Positions 47,895 to 57,275 of a stretch of DNA of 64,000 nucleotides are shown here, piece after piece. Positions within the stretch are counted from its first letter, which is position 1. Each line of letters opens with the position of its first letter. A model generated the notes under the pieces. The model saw nothing but the letters and a program-made list of their open reading frames with translations. It was not told the DNA's origin and did no database searches. The stretch comes from Candidatus Multivoradales bacterium. Its GTDB lineage: Bacteria > Acidobacteriota > Thermoanaerobaculia > Multivoradales > JAHEKO01. The stretch lies in NCBI GenBank assembly GCA_965223855.1, contig CBDCXM010000009.1, positions 1,312,001 through 1,376,000 on the forward strand. The letters run 5' to 3'. The position numbers and the translations under genes were made by a program.

Positions 47895-49061
47895 CTACCG
47901 GCGCCGTGGCGGATCCGAGGATCCGGGCAGACTCTGAAGCGCCTTCTCGAGCTCCTCCTGCTCGCGACGCAGGTCCTCGAGCTCACGGTTCTCCGCCTCT
48001 ACGTCGGCGTTGTACTCGGCGGTCTCCTTGTTGGCCCGGACCCGCTCCACAGCCGCTGAGTTGCCCGCCTGCTGATAGGCCGAGATCGCCTCGTCGTAGG
48101 ACTTGGTCTTCTCGAAGACGAAGCCGATCTGTCCCCACACGGTCGCCTTGTCGGCGGAGGTCGATGCGTTGTTGAGCGCCTGCCGCAGCTGCGACTCGGC
48201 CGAGCTGTATTGACCCTTCTGCGTGTAGGCCTGCCCCATGTAGTAGTGGGCGAGCCAGTCGGAGCTGCGAGCTCTGCTCGCCCTCTCGGCAGCGGAGATC
48301 GCGGTGTCGTACTGCTTGGCGCCGAGAGCCGCTCCCGCCTCCATCAGATGGTTGTCGAAGCTCGGCGAGGCCTGGGCCAGCTGGCCGGCGACCTGGGTGG
48401 CGCGGGTGTACGCCTGGGACTTGCTGCTCCCCTGGGCGCGACGACCCTGCTGCATGAGCGCTTTCACGAGCGCACTGCGGTTGTCGGTCGAAGCGCTGAT
48501 GCTGACGGACTTCTCGAGGGCCGAAATCGCCGCGCCGAGATCACCGGCATTGAGCGCCGCGACGCCGTACTGATACTGGACGGACGCGTCGTTGGGACTG
48601 GCCGCGGCCGCGCGCTTCAGGGCTGCCGTCGCCGCGTCCCCCTGGCCGCTCTTGGAGAGCGCCACCGCGAGGAGTTGGTCGAGGGTGCCGCGCTGCCCGG
48701 CCTGCAGCTGCGAGCTGTCGATCTTGCTGAGGACGGAGGCTCCGTCCGCGTACCTGCGCGCCTGGACATAGGCCTGACCGAGGGCGAACTGCGTGGCTGC
48801 ATCGCCCGGAGAGAGGTCGTAGGCCTTGCGCAGATGGGTCAGCGCCTGGTCGGTCTTGTCGAGCTTGATCAGCACCTGACCCAGCATGCGCTGGCCCGGC
48901 GCCCAATCGGGCTGCTGATCGACCACTTTCTGGAACTCGGCAGCAGCGGTGGCGTAGTCGTTGGCCTTGAGGGCGGCGACACCCTCGTCCCAGCCGGCGT
49001 GCGCCGATCCGGCGATGAGGACCAGCAGCGCGGCGAAAGCGATGGTCAGTGTCTTGGTCAT
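47895..49061 (-). CDS. Exported multi-TPR protein with C-terminal coiled coil
   Basis: Signal peptide MTKTLTIAFAALLVLIAGSAHA; multiple TPR repeats; GAGGAGG SD. Confidence 0.85.
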   Translation of the reverse strand: MTKTLTIAFAALLVLIAGSAHAGWDEGVAALKANDYATAAAEFQKVVDQQPDWAPGQRMLGQVLIKLDKTDQALTHLRKAYDLSPGDAATQFALGQAYVQARRYADGASVLSKIDSSQLQAGQRGTLDQLLAVALSKSGQGDAATAALKRAAAASPNDASVQYQYGVAALNAGDLGAAISALEKSVSISASTDNRSALVKALMQQGRRAQGSSKSQAYTRATQVAGQLAQASPSFDNHLMEAGAALGAKQYDTAISAAERASRARSSDWLAHYYMGQAYTQKGQYSSAESQLRQALNNASTSADKATVWGQIGFVFEKTKSYDEAISAYQQAGNSAAVERVRANKETAEYNADVEAENRELEDLRREQEELEKALQSLPGSSDPPRRR

Positions 49062-49172
49062 TTCGTACCTCCTCTTCGGGCGTCCTGCGAATGGTGCATG
49101 TGAGAAAAGTACCCTCGTGCTTCCTCCGGGGACCTCAGACAGCAATCCCCGTGCCACGAGTGCGAAATCGGT

Positions 49173-49988
49173 TCAGGAGAGCATCTGCTCGATCGACTCG
49201 GCGAAGGCTTGCGCCTGGGTCGGACCGAGAGCCGCGAGGATCGCCTTCTCGACGGTGTTGAACTGCTCGAGCAGGGCAGCGGCGCCGTTGCCGGCCGCGA
49301 TCTGCTGAGTGGCCGCTCGATAGGCCGCGTCGGCCTCGCCGGACCCGCCGTGATTGGACAGCAGCGCCGAAGCGCGGCTCTGCACGGACTGCGCGAGGCC
49401 TTGCAGATCCTGGACCGTCATCTTCTGGAGACGGTCCAGGCGTGCACTCTGCGCCGGCTCTTGCAGTTCGACGAGTCCCGAGGTGTTCAGTCCGAAGAGG
49501 GTCTTCGAAACCTCGAAGGCGCTCTTGCCCATCGCCTCCGCGATCTGCTCGATGGACCGCTCTTCGTCGATCCTCCGGATGACCGCCCATTCCGAAGGGC
49601 TGAGCGAGACGTTGGTCGAACCGCCGTCGGCCGTGAAGGTCGGGATGGCACGTGTCGACGGGACCCTCGTCACGAGCACTTTCCATTCGTCGATCCGCTG
49701 CGCTGCCTGCATCAGCAGGTTGGTGTTCGACTTGTCGATCGTGTCGTCGGGAGACTCGTCCCCGGGCGTGAAGACGAAGTCTCCCTCGTCCCAGGTGGCC
49801 AGCTCGTAGAAGGCCTCTTCGCCCCCCAGCCGGTCGGTCGTCGAGTGGACGATCTTCCCGTCACGCAGGAAGATGTTGCCGTTCCCCAGACGGCTCGTAA
49901 CGCTGAACTTCCCGGTCTTGCCGGAAGCGGCTACGAGCTGGAGAACATCGGGAAGCGGGAGTTCCTCGAGGGAACCCTGGAACGCCAT
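49173..49988 (-). CDS. DUF4388 (PATAN-like) domain protein
   Basis: MAFQGSLEELPLPDVLQLV...KTG...G.IFLRDGKIVH...W.EG.F.F...NLLMQAAQRIDEW. Confidence 0.88.
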   Translation of the reverse strand: MAFQGSLEELPLPDVLQLVAASGKTGKFSVTSRLGNGNIFLRDGKIVHSTTDRLGGEEAFYELATWDEGDFVFTPGDESPDDTIDKSNTNLLMQAAQRIDEWKVLVTRVPSTRAIPTFTADGGSTNVSLSPSEWAVIRRIDEERSIEQIAEAMGKSAFEVSKTLFGLNTSGLVELQEPAQSARLDRLQKMTVQDLQGLAQSVQSRASALLSNHGGSGEADAAYRAATQQIAAGNGAAALLEQFNTVEKAILAALGPTQAQAFAESIEQMLS

Positions 49989-50012
49989 GGCTGTGTCGGC
50001 ACCTCTTGGCTG

Positions 50013-50756
50013 CTACTGCAGTCGGAAATTCACGGTCAGATTGTAGAAGACATCGACCGGCTTGCCGTTGAGCGTAGCAGGCTTGAACTTCCACTTCTGG
50101 ACCGCGTCGACCGCAGCCTGGTCGAGGCCCATCGGCAGCGGCTTGAGAACCCTCACGTTGGTCACGTTGCCGTCCTTGTCGATGATGGCTTCGACGATGA
50201 CCACGCCCTGAATTCGAGCCTTCCGCGCGATCTCCGTGTACTGCGGATTCGGTCCCGAGATCTTCTCCGGCCGGCTGACGTCGCCACCGACCCGGATCGG
50301 GCCCTGAGGCTCCACCGGAGGAGGACCATCCGGGATGTCGAAGATGATGTCGGTGTCGGGCAGGTCGATGTCCTGCTCGATCTCTTCTTCGATCCGGATC
50401 GGTTCCGGCTCATCCGGCGTCGGATCGGGAATCGGCACCTTCTTCGTCTTCGGCTTCGGCAGCTCCTGCTGCTGCTTCGGTGGTGGCGGCTTGAACCGCA
50501 CCTGCTGCACGACGTACACCTTCTGCTTCTTCTGCTCGGCATCCGCGATGCTGGGCTTGAGGAAGCCGAAGTTCACGACGAAGAGGATGGCGTGGAAGAT
50601 GACCGCGCCGATGATTGCGTAGCGCAGTCGCTTCGAGTCTTCCGCGTCCTCCTGGGCGAACTCCCAGAAAGCGCCGCCTTGCTCGGTGGTCATGCCACTC
50701 TGCGCAGGCTGCTTCTCAGGGGCCTTGGGGGCCGGGGCCTTGGGATTCTCTGCCAT
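50013..50756 (-). CDS. tonB: Energy transducer TonB
   Basis: TM with His (AVIFHAIL); Pro/Lys/Glu linker; PQYTEIARKARIQGVV...AVQKWKFKPA TonB_C domain. Confidence 0.93.
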   Translation of the reverse strand: MAENPKAPAPKAPEKQPAQSGMTTEQGGAFWEFAQEDAEDSKRLRYAIIGAVIFHAILFVVNFGFLKPSIADAEQKKQKVYVVQQVRFKPPPPKQQQELPKPKTKKVPIPDPTPDEPEPIRIEEEIEQDIDLPDTDIIFDIPDGPPPVEPQGPIRVGGDVSRPEKISGPNPQYTEIARKARIQGVVIVEAIIDKDGNVTNVRVLKPLPMGLDQAAVDAVQKWKFKPATLNGKPVDVFYNLTVNFRLQ

Positions 50757-50783
50757 AGCTGGATTCCGTGTTGAGAGGCGTTC

Positions 50784-51224
50784 TTAGTACCAGAACATGT
50801 CGATCTCGCGCTGTGTCGGGATCGAGACGTTCTTGACTTCCATGCCGATCTTGTCCTTCGCCTGGCGGAGCTCGTCGAACACGTCGACCATGAACCCGTA
50901 CTCCGCCTCCTGGTTGGACCGGATGATGACCGGCTTCATCGGATTGCGCTCGAGCTTCGGCTTGAGGTAGTCGAGGATCTGGTCGAGCGGCTTGGGCTGA
51001 CCGTCCACGATCAGCGTGCCCCCGGGCTGAATCTCGATCAGCACCGACTCCTCCTTGTCGACGAGCGGAGTGTCGTCCTGCTCGTCTTTCGGGAGCGAGA
51101 AGTCGAGACCGCGAGTGGCCGCGAAGGTGGTCGTCACCATGAAGTAGATGATCAGCAGGAAGGCGATATCCGCCATCGACGACGTCGGGATCTCGTCACT
51201 GATCGGGGTGCGTTTGATCTTCAT
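50784..51224 (-). CDS. exbD: ExbD/TolR family protein (second copy)
   Basis: IPTSSMADIAFLLIIYFMVTTTF TM with the conserved Asp. Confidence 0.9.
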   Translation of the reverse strand: MKIKRTPISDEIPTSSMADIAFLLIIYFMVTTTFAATRGLDFSLPKDEQDDTPLVDKEESVLIEIQPGGTLIVDGQPKPLDQILDYLKPKLERNPMKPVIIRSNQEAEYGFMVDVFDELRQAKDKIGMEVKNVSIPTQREIDMFWY

Positions 51225-51225
51225 C

Positions 51226-51669
51226 CTAGCCTCCGTCGGTTCCGCCGCCGTCGACCTGCTCCTGCTCCGACAGCAGATAGATCACCTCGGCGCGCGCCTG
51301 TTTGAGCGCATCGATGACGCCATCGACGTAGCGGTACGGGACGTCCTTGTCCGCCTTGAGCACGAACACCTTGCCCGGGTTGCTGGCGACGACGTCGACC
51401 GCAAACGACAGCACGTTCTCCGGGCCCGGGACGACGACACTGACCTCTTCGCCGCTCGAGACGCGGATGGCGCCGTTCTTGGTGACCGAGATGTAGGCGG
51501 ACTTCTTGGGAATCTCGAACCTCAGGCCCGACTTCGGCAGCGCGACCTGCGCCTTGTCCACCTCGAAGTTGATCGTCACCATGAAGAAGATGATCAACAG
51601 GAAGGCGATGTCCGCCATCGAGGCGGTCGGGATGCCTTCGTTCTGGGTGCCGCGAACCTTGAGTTTCAT
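51226..51669 (-). CDS. exbD: ExbD/TolR family protein (first copy)
   Basis: IPTASMADIAFLLIIFFMVT; LKADKDVPY. Confidence 0.9.
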   Translation of the reverse strand: MKLKVRGTQNEGIPTASMADIAFLLIIFFMVTINFEVDKAQVALPKSGLRFEIPKKSAYISVTKNGAIRVSSGEEVSVVVPGPENVLSFAVDVVASNPGKVFVLKADKDVPYRYVDGVIDALKQARAEVIYLLSEQEQVDGGGTDGG

Positions 51670-51677
51670 GGAGTGGC

Positions 51678-52343
51678 CTAGGCCTTGCCGCCCGAGTCCG
51701 GCGTGATCCCGCCGCGCTCCATCTCACCGAAGGTCTCGAGGAGCATGTTGGTGGAGGTCTCGACGTCGCGCACGAACTTGTTGATCTTGTTCATGAAGAA
51801 GTTGTAGGCGAGCTGCACCGGGATGGCGATCGCGAGGCCGGCTGCGGTTGTGGTCAGCGCCTCCTTGATACCCGTTGCGACGAGACCCGGGTTCGACAGG
51901 CCCGCTTCGGCCAGCGCGTCGAACGAACTCATCATGCCGGCGACCGTGCCGAAGAAGCCGAGGAGCGGAGCGACGTTGGCGACGGTGGCGAGCCAGACCA
52001 TGTTCTTCTCGAAGCGGCCGATCTCGAAGAACGCGGCGTTCTCGATCGTCTTCTCGACCTCGTCCTTCGGGTGGCCGTACTTGAGGAGGCCGGCCTTCAT
52101 GATCGAGGCGACTGGACCGGGATAGTCCTCGCACACCTTGGTGGCCTGCTTGATCGAACGGTTCACGATCAGGCTCTTGCGGATCTTGGCCAGGAACTCG
52201 TTGACGTTGGTCTTGGCCTTCCGGAGAGCGAACCAGCGCTCGATGATGAAGATGAGTCCGACGAGCGAGAAGCCGAGCAGGGGATACATCGTCAACCCGC
52301 CCTGCTTGAAGATCGTAAACATCGTACTGGCGAATCCGTCCAC
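51678..52343 (-). CDS. exbB: MotA/TolQ/ExbB proton channel
   Basis: APLLGFFGTVAGM and GIKEALTTTAAGLAIAIP motifs; GAGGAGG SD. Confidence 0.92.
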   Translation of the reverse strand: MDGFASTMFTIFKQGGLTMYPLLGFSLVGLIFIIERWFALRKAKTNVNEFLAKIRKSLIVNRSIKQATKVCEDYPGPVASIMKAGLLKYGHPKDEVEKTIENAAFFEIGRFEKNMVWLATVANVAPLLGFFGTVAGMMSSFDALAEAGLSNPGLVATGIKEALTTTAAGLAIAIPVQLAYNFFMNKINKFVRDVETSTNMLLETFGEMERGGITPDSGGKA

Positions 52344-52545
52344 GGTGGAGCCTCCTCTAGAGTGTGTAGACCCCGGATCCCGGGGTCGAGTTCCTCAACA
52401 GAACCATTCCGCCCGCGCGGGCCTTCGAGACGCTCCGGAATCGACCGGTGTTGCGCCTCCGAGAAGAATGGACTGTGTTGCTCAAAACAGACGGGGAGCC
52501 TAGCACAGGCCCGGAAGGCGTCCCAAGAAAATCGGGCGCTCCAGG

Positions 52546-53049
52546 TCAGCGGGCCGAGGATTCGACGGCGGCGTCGAAGCGGCGTCTCTGAGCGGCGCAA
52601 ACGGCGACCGCGAGAGCGTCGGCGGCATCCTCGGCGAGCTCCCGTCCCGCGAGGCCGAGCAGTCGCCGCACCATGCTCTCGACCTGGTCCTTGGCGGCCC
52701 TGCCGTTGCCGGTCACTGCGCTCTTGACCTCGGCCGGAGCGAACTCCACCACTCTGACGCCGCGGCGGCCGACCGACCCGAGGATCGCCCCCCGGGCCTG
52801 CGAGAGCACCATCAACGAGCGAGGGTTCATGCCGAGGAAGGTCGACTCGACGGCGACCAGGTCGGGACGGGCCAGATCGAGAAGCTCCTCGAGATCGGTG
52901 ACGAGGCTCGCCAGACGGGCGGGGAGAGAGCTGCGGGGATCGGCGCGCAGGCGGCCGAACTCCAGCGCCTCGAGGCTGGAGCGGGAGCCGCAGCGGACCA
53001 GGCCGAAGCCGGTGAAGCGACTCCCGGGGTCGATCCCTAGGATCCGCAT
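52546..53049 (-). CDS. ruvC: Holliday junction resolvase RuvC
   Basis: ILGIDPGS, AVE, QARG, VKSAVTGNGRAAKDQV and DAADALAVA motifs. Confidence 0.96.
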   Translation of the reverse strand: MRILGIDPGSRFTGFGLVRCGSRSSLEALEFGRLRADPRSSLPARLASLVTDLEELLDLARPDLVAVESTFLGMNPRSLMVLSQARGAILGSVGRRGVRVVEFAPAEVKSAVTGNGRAAKDQVESMVRRLLGLAGRELAEDAADALAVAVCAAQRRRFDAAVESSAR

Positions 53050-53056
53050 CGGCCGC

Positions 53057-53806
53057 TCAGCTCTCGGCCGCCGCCAGGAGTTCCGCGGTCACGTTGAGAT
53101 TGGTCCAGACGTTCTGTACGTCGTCCTGGTCCTCGAGCGCATCGACCAGCCGCAGGACTCGAACCGCCTCCTCCGCTTCGAGATCGACCTGGCTTTGCGG
53201 CAACATGGCCAGCGCCTGCGACTCGACCTCGATCCCGTGTTCCTCGAGGCTGTCGCGAACCGCCGCGTAGTCCTCGGCGGCCGAATACAGCTCGTACACG
53301 TCGTCCTCGATCGTGGCGTCCTCGGCGCCGACCTCGAGGGCGATCTCCATCACGTCGTCTTCGGTGGCGTTTCCCCGCTCGACTGCGAACAGCCCGCGCT
53401 TGTCGAACATCCAGGCGACGCAGCCGTTCTCGCCGAGATTGCCGCCGTGTCGGGAGAAGGTGTGACGCAGCTCGGACACCGTGCGGTTCTTGTTGTCGGT
53501 CATCGCCTCGATCAGCACGGCGACGCCTCCAGGGCCGTAGCCCTCGTAGGTCAGCTCCTCGTAGGAGACACCTTCGAGCTGGCCGGTGCCGCGCTGGATC
53601 GCGCGGTCGATGTTGTCGTTCGGGACGTTGGCGTTGCGCGCCTCCTGGATGCCGACCCGCAGGCGGGGATTGCCGTCCGGGTCGCCGCCGCCGAGTCGCG
53701 CGGCCACGGAGACTTCCTTGAGGAGCTTGGTCCACAACTTGCCCCTGCGGCTGTCCGTCACCGCCTTCTTGCGCTTGATCTGCGCCCACTTACTGTGTCC
53801 GGCCAT
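53057..53806 (-). CDS. yebC: YebC/PmpR family protein
   Basis: MAGHSKW, YEGYGPGG, TDNKNRT and LEDQDDVQNVWTN motifs. Confidence 0.96.
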   Translation of the reverse strand: MAGHSKWAQIKRKKAVTDSRRGKLWTKLLKEVSVAARLGGGDPDGNPRLRVGIQEARNANVPNDNIDRAIQRGTGQLEGVSYEELTYEGYGPGGVAVLIEAMTDNKNRTVSELRHTFSRHGGNLGENGCVAWMFDKRGLFAVERGNATEDDVMEIALEVGAEDATIEDDVYELYSAAEDYAAVRDSLEEHGIEVESQALAMLPQSQVDLEAEEAVRVLRLVDALEDQDDVQNVWTNLNVTAELLAAAES

Positions 53807-54004
53807 CTCGATCTCCCGTGCGGCGCCCCGCCGTCGTCGGTTCGATTGTACCTGCCCGCGGCGCTCGAGGATCGTCTCCGGGATGCCTCGAGGACGCCGT
53901 CGCCGCCGGGATCTATGCGGGGATGGCTCCGCGCTAAGTTCCCTCAAACACTGGGCTTTTTGTTGACTGCCGTCGTCGGCGAGTGATAAGAGAAGCGATT
54001 AGGC

Positions 54005-56344
54005 GTGGAACCCAAGGCGATGATTCTGCTGGCGGTCCGGGATCCGGACCGCGATGCCGCTCTCCGTGATCTGTTGACCGCGGAAGGGTACTGGGTGACG
54101 ACCGCCAGGACGCAGGCCGAAACGGTGCGCGCAACGGCGGATCATGCGCCGCGGCTTCTGATCATCGACGCCGATCTGGCGGACGCCACCAGTCTGCTCG
54201 AGGTCCTGCAGCAGCAGGAAGGCGGTCCTGCGACGCTGATTCTCGTCGACGAGCGTGGGGACTTCGAAGCCCAGCAGGTCCTGCTGCGGGGCGCTCCGAA
54301 AGAGGTCGTGCTCGACGCCGTCCGCGGGCGACTCGACGCCCCTCGTCCACGGCAGTCGGGCGGAACGACCGTAGCGGACGAGCAGCTGACCACGAGCGAC
54401 CTCTTTGGCGACATCCTGGTCGGTCTGGGGGAAGCCGAGGACGGGGACGGAGCCATCGATGCGACCACCGACGCATCCGGCGGGGAGCGCGAAGGGCCGG
54501 GCGAAGTCACCGCGAGTGCCGAAGAGCACGAAGCCGAGGAGCCCGCCGAGTCGGAAGAGGAGCCGGAAGCGGCCGAACCGGAGCCGGCCGGCCCCGAGAC
54601 GCCGCAACCGGGACAGCCGGAGTCGCGGGAGGCCGATTCGGAGGGGGAGGAGACGGTGGATCGGGAGCCGCAGACCGTCCCCGCCTCCGAGGTTGCGCCG
54701 GAACCGGAAACGTCACCCGATGCGGGGGATCCGGGCGGCTCCGCGCCGGTCGAGGGCGGGACGGCGGAGGACCCGACCCCGGAGGACGGGGCAGCGAAGG
54801 GAGAGACGGTCGAGGTTTCTCAGGAGAGCGAGACAGGCGAGGTCGGAGACCTCGTCGTGGAGTCCGGCCTCCCCGAGATCGCGGTGGCCGGGACCGACGT
54901 CTCAGAGGTCGAAGCCCCGGAAGTCGAAGCCCCAGAGGTCGAAGCCCCGGAGGTCGAAGCCCCGGAGGTCGAAGCTCCGAAGGTCGAAGCCCCGGAGGTT
55001 GGGGCGGCCGAAGTCGAAGCCCCCGAAGTCGAGCCGCCTGAAGTCGAGGCGCCCGGCGAAGCGGAGGCGCCCCATCTCGAGATCGAGCGCAGGGTCGAGG
55101 ATCTTCTTTCCGGACACATCGACGACCGCGTGATCGACGAGCCGTCTCCGCGCTCTCTCGACGAGGTACTCGCGCTCGCCGACGACTCGCCGGCAGTGGC
55201 GCAAGAGGGAGTCGAGGAATCCGATACCGGATCCGAGGACCCAGGGACACCCGCGGCCGACGTCCGATCGGGTGCCGACGGTCGTGAGCGGGTCGGCGAG
55301 TTCGAGTTGCTGGAGTTGCTCGAGTTCTCGGAATACGTCGAGCGCTGGCGAGCCCGCAGGACGGGAGAGGGGAAGGACGGCAGCGTGCTGATCGAGCGTC
55401 TGCGCCCCGAGTACCGAGGGCGATCCGGAACGGTGGAGACCTTCGTCCAGGGGAACTCTCTGGCGGCGTCGATCGGCGATCCGAGGTTCCTCGAGGTCGT
55501 CGATCTCGGACGGGCCGGCGATGTCGACTACGTCGCCGTCGAGGAGGTTCCGGGTCAGTCGCTCCAGGAGGTCATCCATCGCGTCCGGAGGATGGAAGGA
55601 CGCGTTCCTCTGGGAATCGCGATGCGGGTGGCGGAGCAGGTGGGGCGGGCCCTGCAGGCGATCGGAGAGCGCTCGGGCTCCAGTCGTCATGGCCGTCTCG
55701 TAGCGACCAGCGTGTGGCTCGCCGAGGACGGCCGAGTGCTCCTGAGGGACTTCGGTGCCGAGCGCTCGATCACGGATCATGAGCCTGCGGCTTCCGACTG
55801 GGCGGCCTGGAGATTCATCGCACCCGAGGCCTGGCAGGGGCAGAGCGATCTGCGCTCCGACCTTTTCTCCCTGGGGGCTCTGGTCTACGAGATGGTGACC
55901 GGTCGCCCGATCCGCGAGGCAGACACGCTCAAGGAGCTCGAAGCGCGGATGAAGACCGGGTCCATTGCGCCCGCTCAGGAGGTCGATCCCACTCTGCCGA
56001 CGGGACTCCACGAGTGGGTCATGGAGCTGCTGGCGCCGAATCCGGCCGATCGGCCTGAGGCGATGTCCAAGGTCCTGCGACGCCTGGAGAGGCTGCTCGA
56101 GGAGCTGCCAGCGCGTCCCGGTGACAGGGAGGTGGCCGCCTACCTGCGGCAGCTCTCGGCCGCCCGAGTGCCTGCCGCCCAGCGCGAACGACTGCCGCTG
56201 CGCGAGGAGCTCCCGCCGGTCTCGCAACCGGCTGGAACGGCGGCCGCCCGATCGGGTGGCGGCTTCGATGCCAGGTGGTGGTGGTGGATCGCGGCGCTGC
56301 TCGGTCTGGCCGCCGGCTACCTGCTCTTCATGGCGCTGCGTTGA
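54005..56344 (+). CDS. Degenerate receiver domain + acidic Pro/Glu linker + Hanks-type pseudokinase + C-terminal TM anchor
   Basis: Receiver-like N-terminus (GYWVTTA...PRLLIIDADL). Kinase subdomains DFG, FIAPE, RSDLFSLG..YEMVTGR and P.DRP are retained; Gly loop, VAIK Lys and HRD are lost. C-terminal hydrophobic helix. Confidence 0.78.
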   Translation: MEPKAMILLAVRDPDRDAALRDLLTAEGYWVTTARTQAETVRATADHAPRLLIIDADLADATSLLEVLQQQEGGPATLILVDERGDFEAQQVLLRGAPKEVVLDAVRGRLDAPRPRQSGGTTVADEQLTTSDLFGDILVGLGEAEDGDGAIDATTDASGGEREGPGEVTASAEEHEAEEPAESEEEPEAAEPEPAGPETPQPGQPESREADSEGEETVDREPQTVPASEVAPEPETSPDAGDPGGSAPVEGGTAEDPTPEDGAAKGETVEVSQESETGEVGDLVVESGLPEIAVAGTDVSEVEAPEVEAPEVEAPEVEAPEVEAPKVEAPEVGAAEVEAPEVEPPEVEAPGEAEAPHLEIERRVEDLLSGHIDDRVIDEPSPRSLDEVLALADDSPAVAQEGVEESDTGSEDPGTPAADVRSGADGRERVGEFELLELLEFSEYVERWRARRTGEGKDGSVLIERLRPEYRGRSGTVETFVQGNSLAASIGDPRFLEVVDLGRAGDVDYVAVEEVPGQSLQEVIHRVRRMEGRVPLGIAMRVAEQVGRALQAIGERSGSSRHGRLVATSVWLAEDGRVLLRDFGAERSITDHEPAASDWAAWRFIAPEAWQGQSDLRSDLFSLGALVYEMVTGRPIREADTLKELEARMKTGSIAPAQEVDPTLPTGLHEWVMELLAPNPADRPEAMSKVLRRLERLLEELPARPGDREVAAYLRQLSAARVPAAQRERLPLREELPPVSQPAGTAAARSGGGFDARWWWWIAALLGLAAGYLLFMALR
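54905..55054 (+). repeat. Coding 15-bp tandem repeat x10 (EVEAP pentapeptide)
   Basis: GAGGTCGAAGCCCCG-type units translating to EVEAP/KVEAP/EVGAA/EVEPP. Confidence 0.92.
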
Positions 56345-56432
56345 GGCCGCTTCGCTGAGGCCGAGATTCGCACCTCCGGAACCTCGGGCGGCCCCTCGAG
56401 GCGGTCGCCCCATCAACTGCTAGAGTCCCGTC

Positions 56433-57275
56433 ATGGCCTGGTTCCGCAAGGCGAAGAAGCCCAAGCCGGTGCGCGCCGGACGCAGTCCTGTGCCCCAAGG
56501 CCTCTGGGTCAAGTGTGACGGGTGCCGGGAGATCATCTATTCGCGTGAGCTCGAGAAGAACCATCGCATCTGCCCGAAATGCGGCCATCACTTCAGGATC
56601 GACGTGGCGACGCGCCTCTCGCTGCTGCTCGACGACGGAGAGGGCAAGGAGCTGTTCGCCGGGGTTCACCCGACCGATCCGCTCGGTTTCAAGGACAGTC
56701 AGTCCTACAAGGATCGCCTGTCGCAGTATCAGAAGAAGTCGGGCGCCAAGGATGCCTTGCGGGTGGTCGAGGGGGAGATCGAGGGGATTCCTGTGGTGGT
56801 GGCGGTCATGGACTACGCCTTCATGGGAGGCTCGATGGGGTCGGTCGTCGGCGAGAAGGTGACCCGCGCAGCCGAGCTTGCGGCGGAGACCTCCCGGCCG
56901 CTGATCGTCGTCTCCGCGTCCGGCGGCGCCCGCATGCAGGAAGGTGTGCTGTCGCTGATGCAGATGGGGAAGATCTCGGCGGCGCTGGCCCGGCTGCGGG
57001 AGCGGGGGTTGCCGTACCTCTCCGTCCTCACCGATCCGACGACCGGAGGGGTGACGGCCTCGTTCGCGATGTTGGGGGACCTCAACGTCGCCGAGCCCGG
57101 CGCGTTGATCGGCTTCGCCGGCCCGAGGGTGATTCAGCAGACGATCGGTCAGGAGCTGCCCGAGGGCTTTCAGCGCAGTGAGTTCCTGCTGGAGCACGGA
57201 TTCCTCGACCTCGTCGTGCCTCGGACCGAGATGAAGAGCGTCCTCGCCCGTGCGCTCCGCCATCTGACCGGTTGA
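56433..57275 (+). CDS. accD: Acetyl-CoA carboxylase carboxyltransferase beta subunit
   Basis: LWVKCDGC..CPKC Zn finger; FMGGSMG, SGGARMQEG and PTTGGVTAS motifs. Confidence 0.97.
   Translation: MAWFRKAKKPKPVRAGRSPVPQGLWVKCDGCREIIYSRELEKNHRICPKCGHHFRIDVATRLSLLLDDGEGKELFAGVHPTDPLGFKDSQSYKDRLSQYQKKSGAKDALRVVEGEIEGIPVVVAVMDYAFMGGSMGSVVGEKVTRAAELAAETSRPLIVVSASGGARMQEGVLSLMQMGKISAALARLRERGLPYLSVLTDPTTGGVTASFAMLGDLNVAEPGALIGFAGPRVIQQTIGQELPEGFQRSEFLLEHGFLDLVVPRTEMKSVLARALRHLTG

Noticed and set aside
54905-55054. Tandem repeat as a CRISPR array
   Set aside because: Head-to-tail 15-bp in-frame coding repeats with no spacers and no cas genes.
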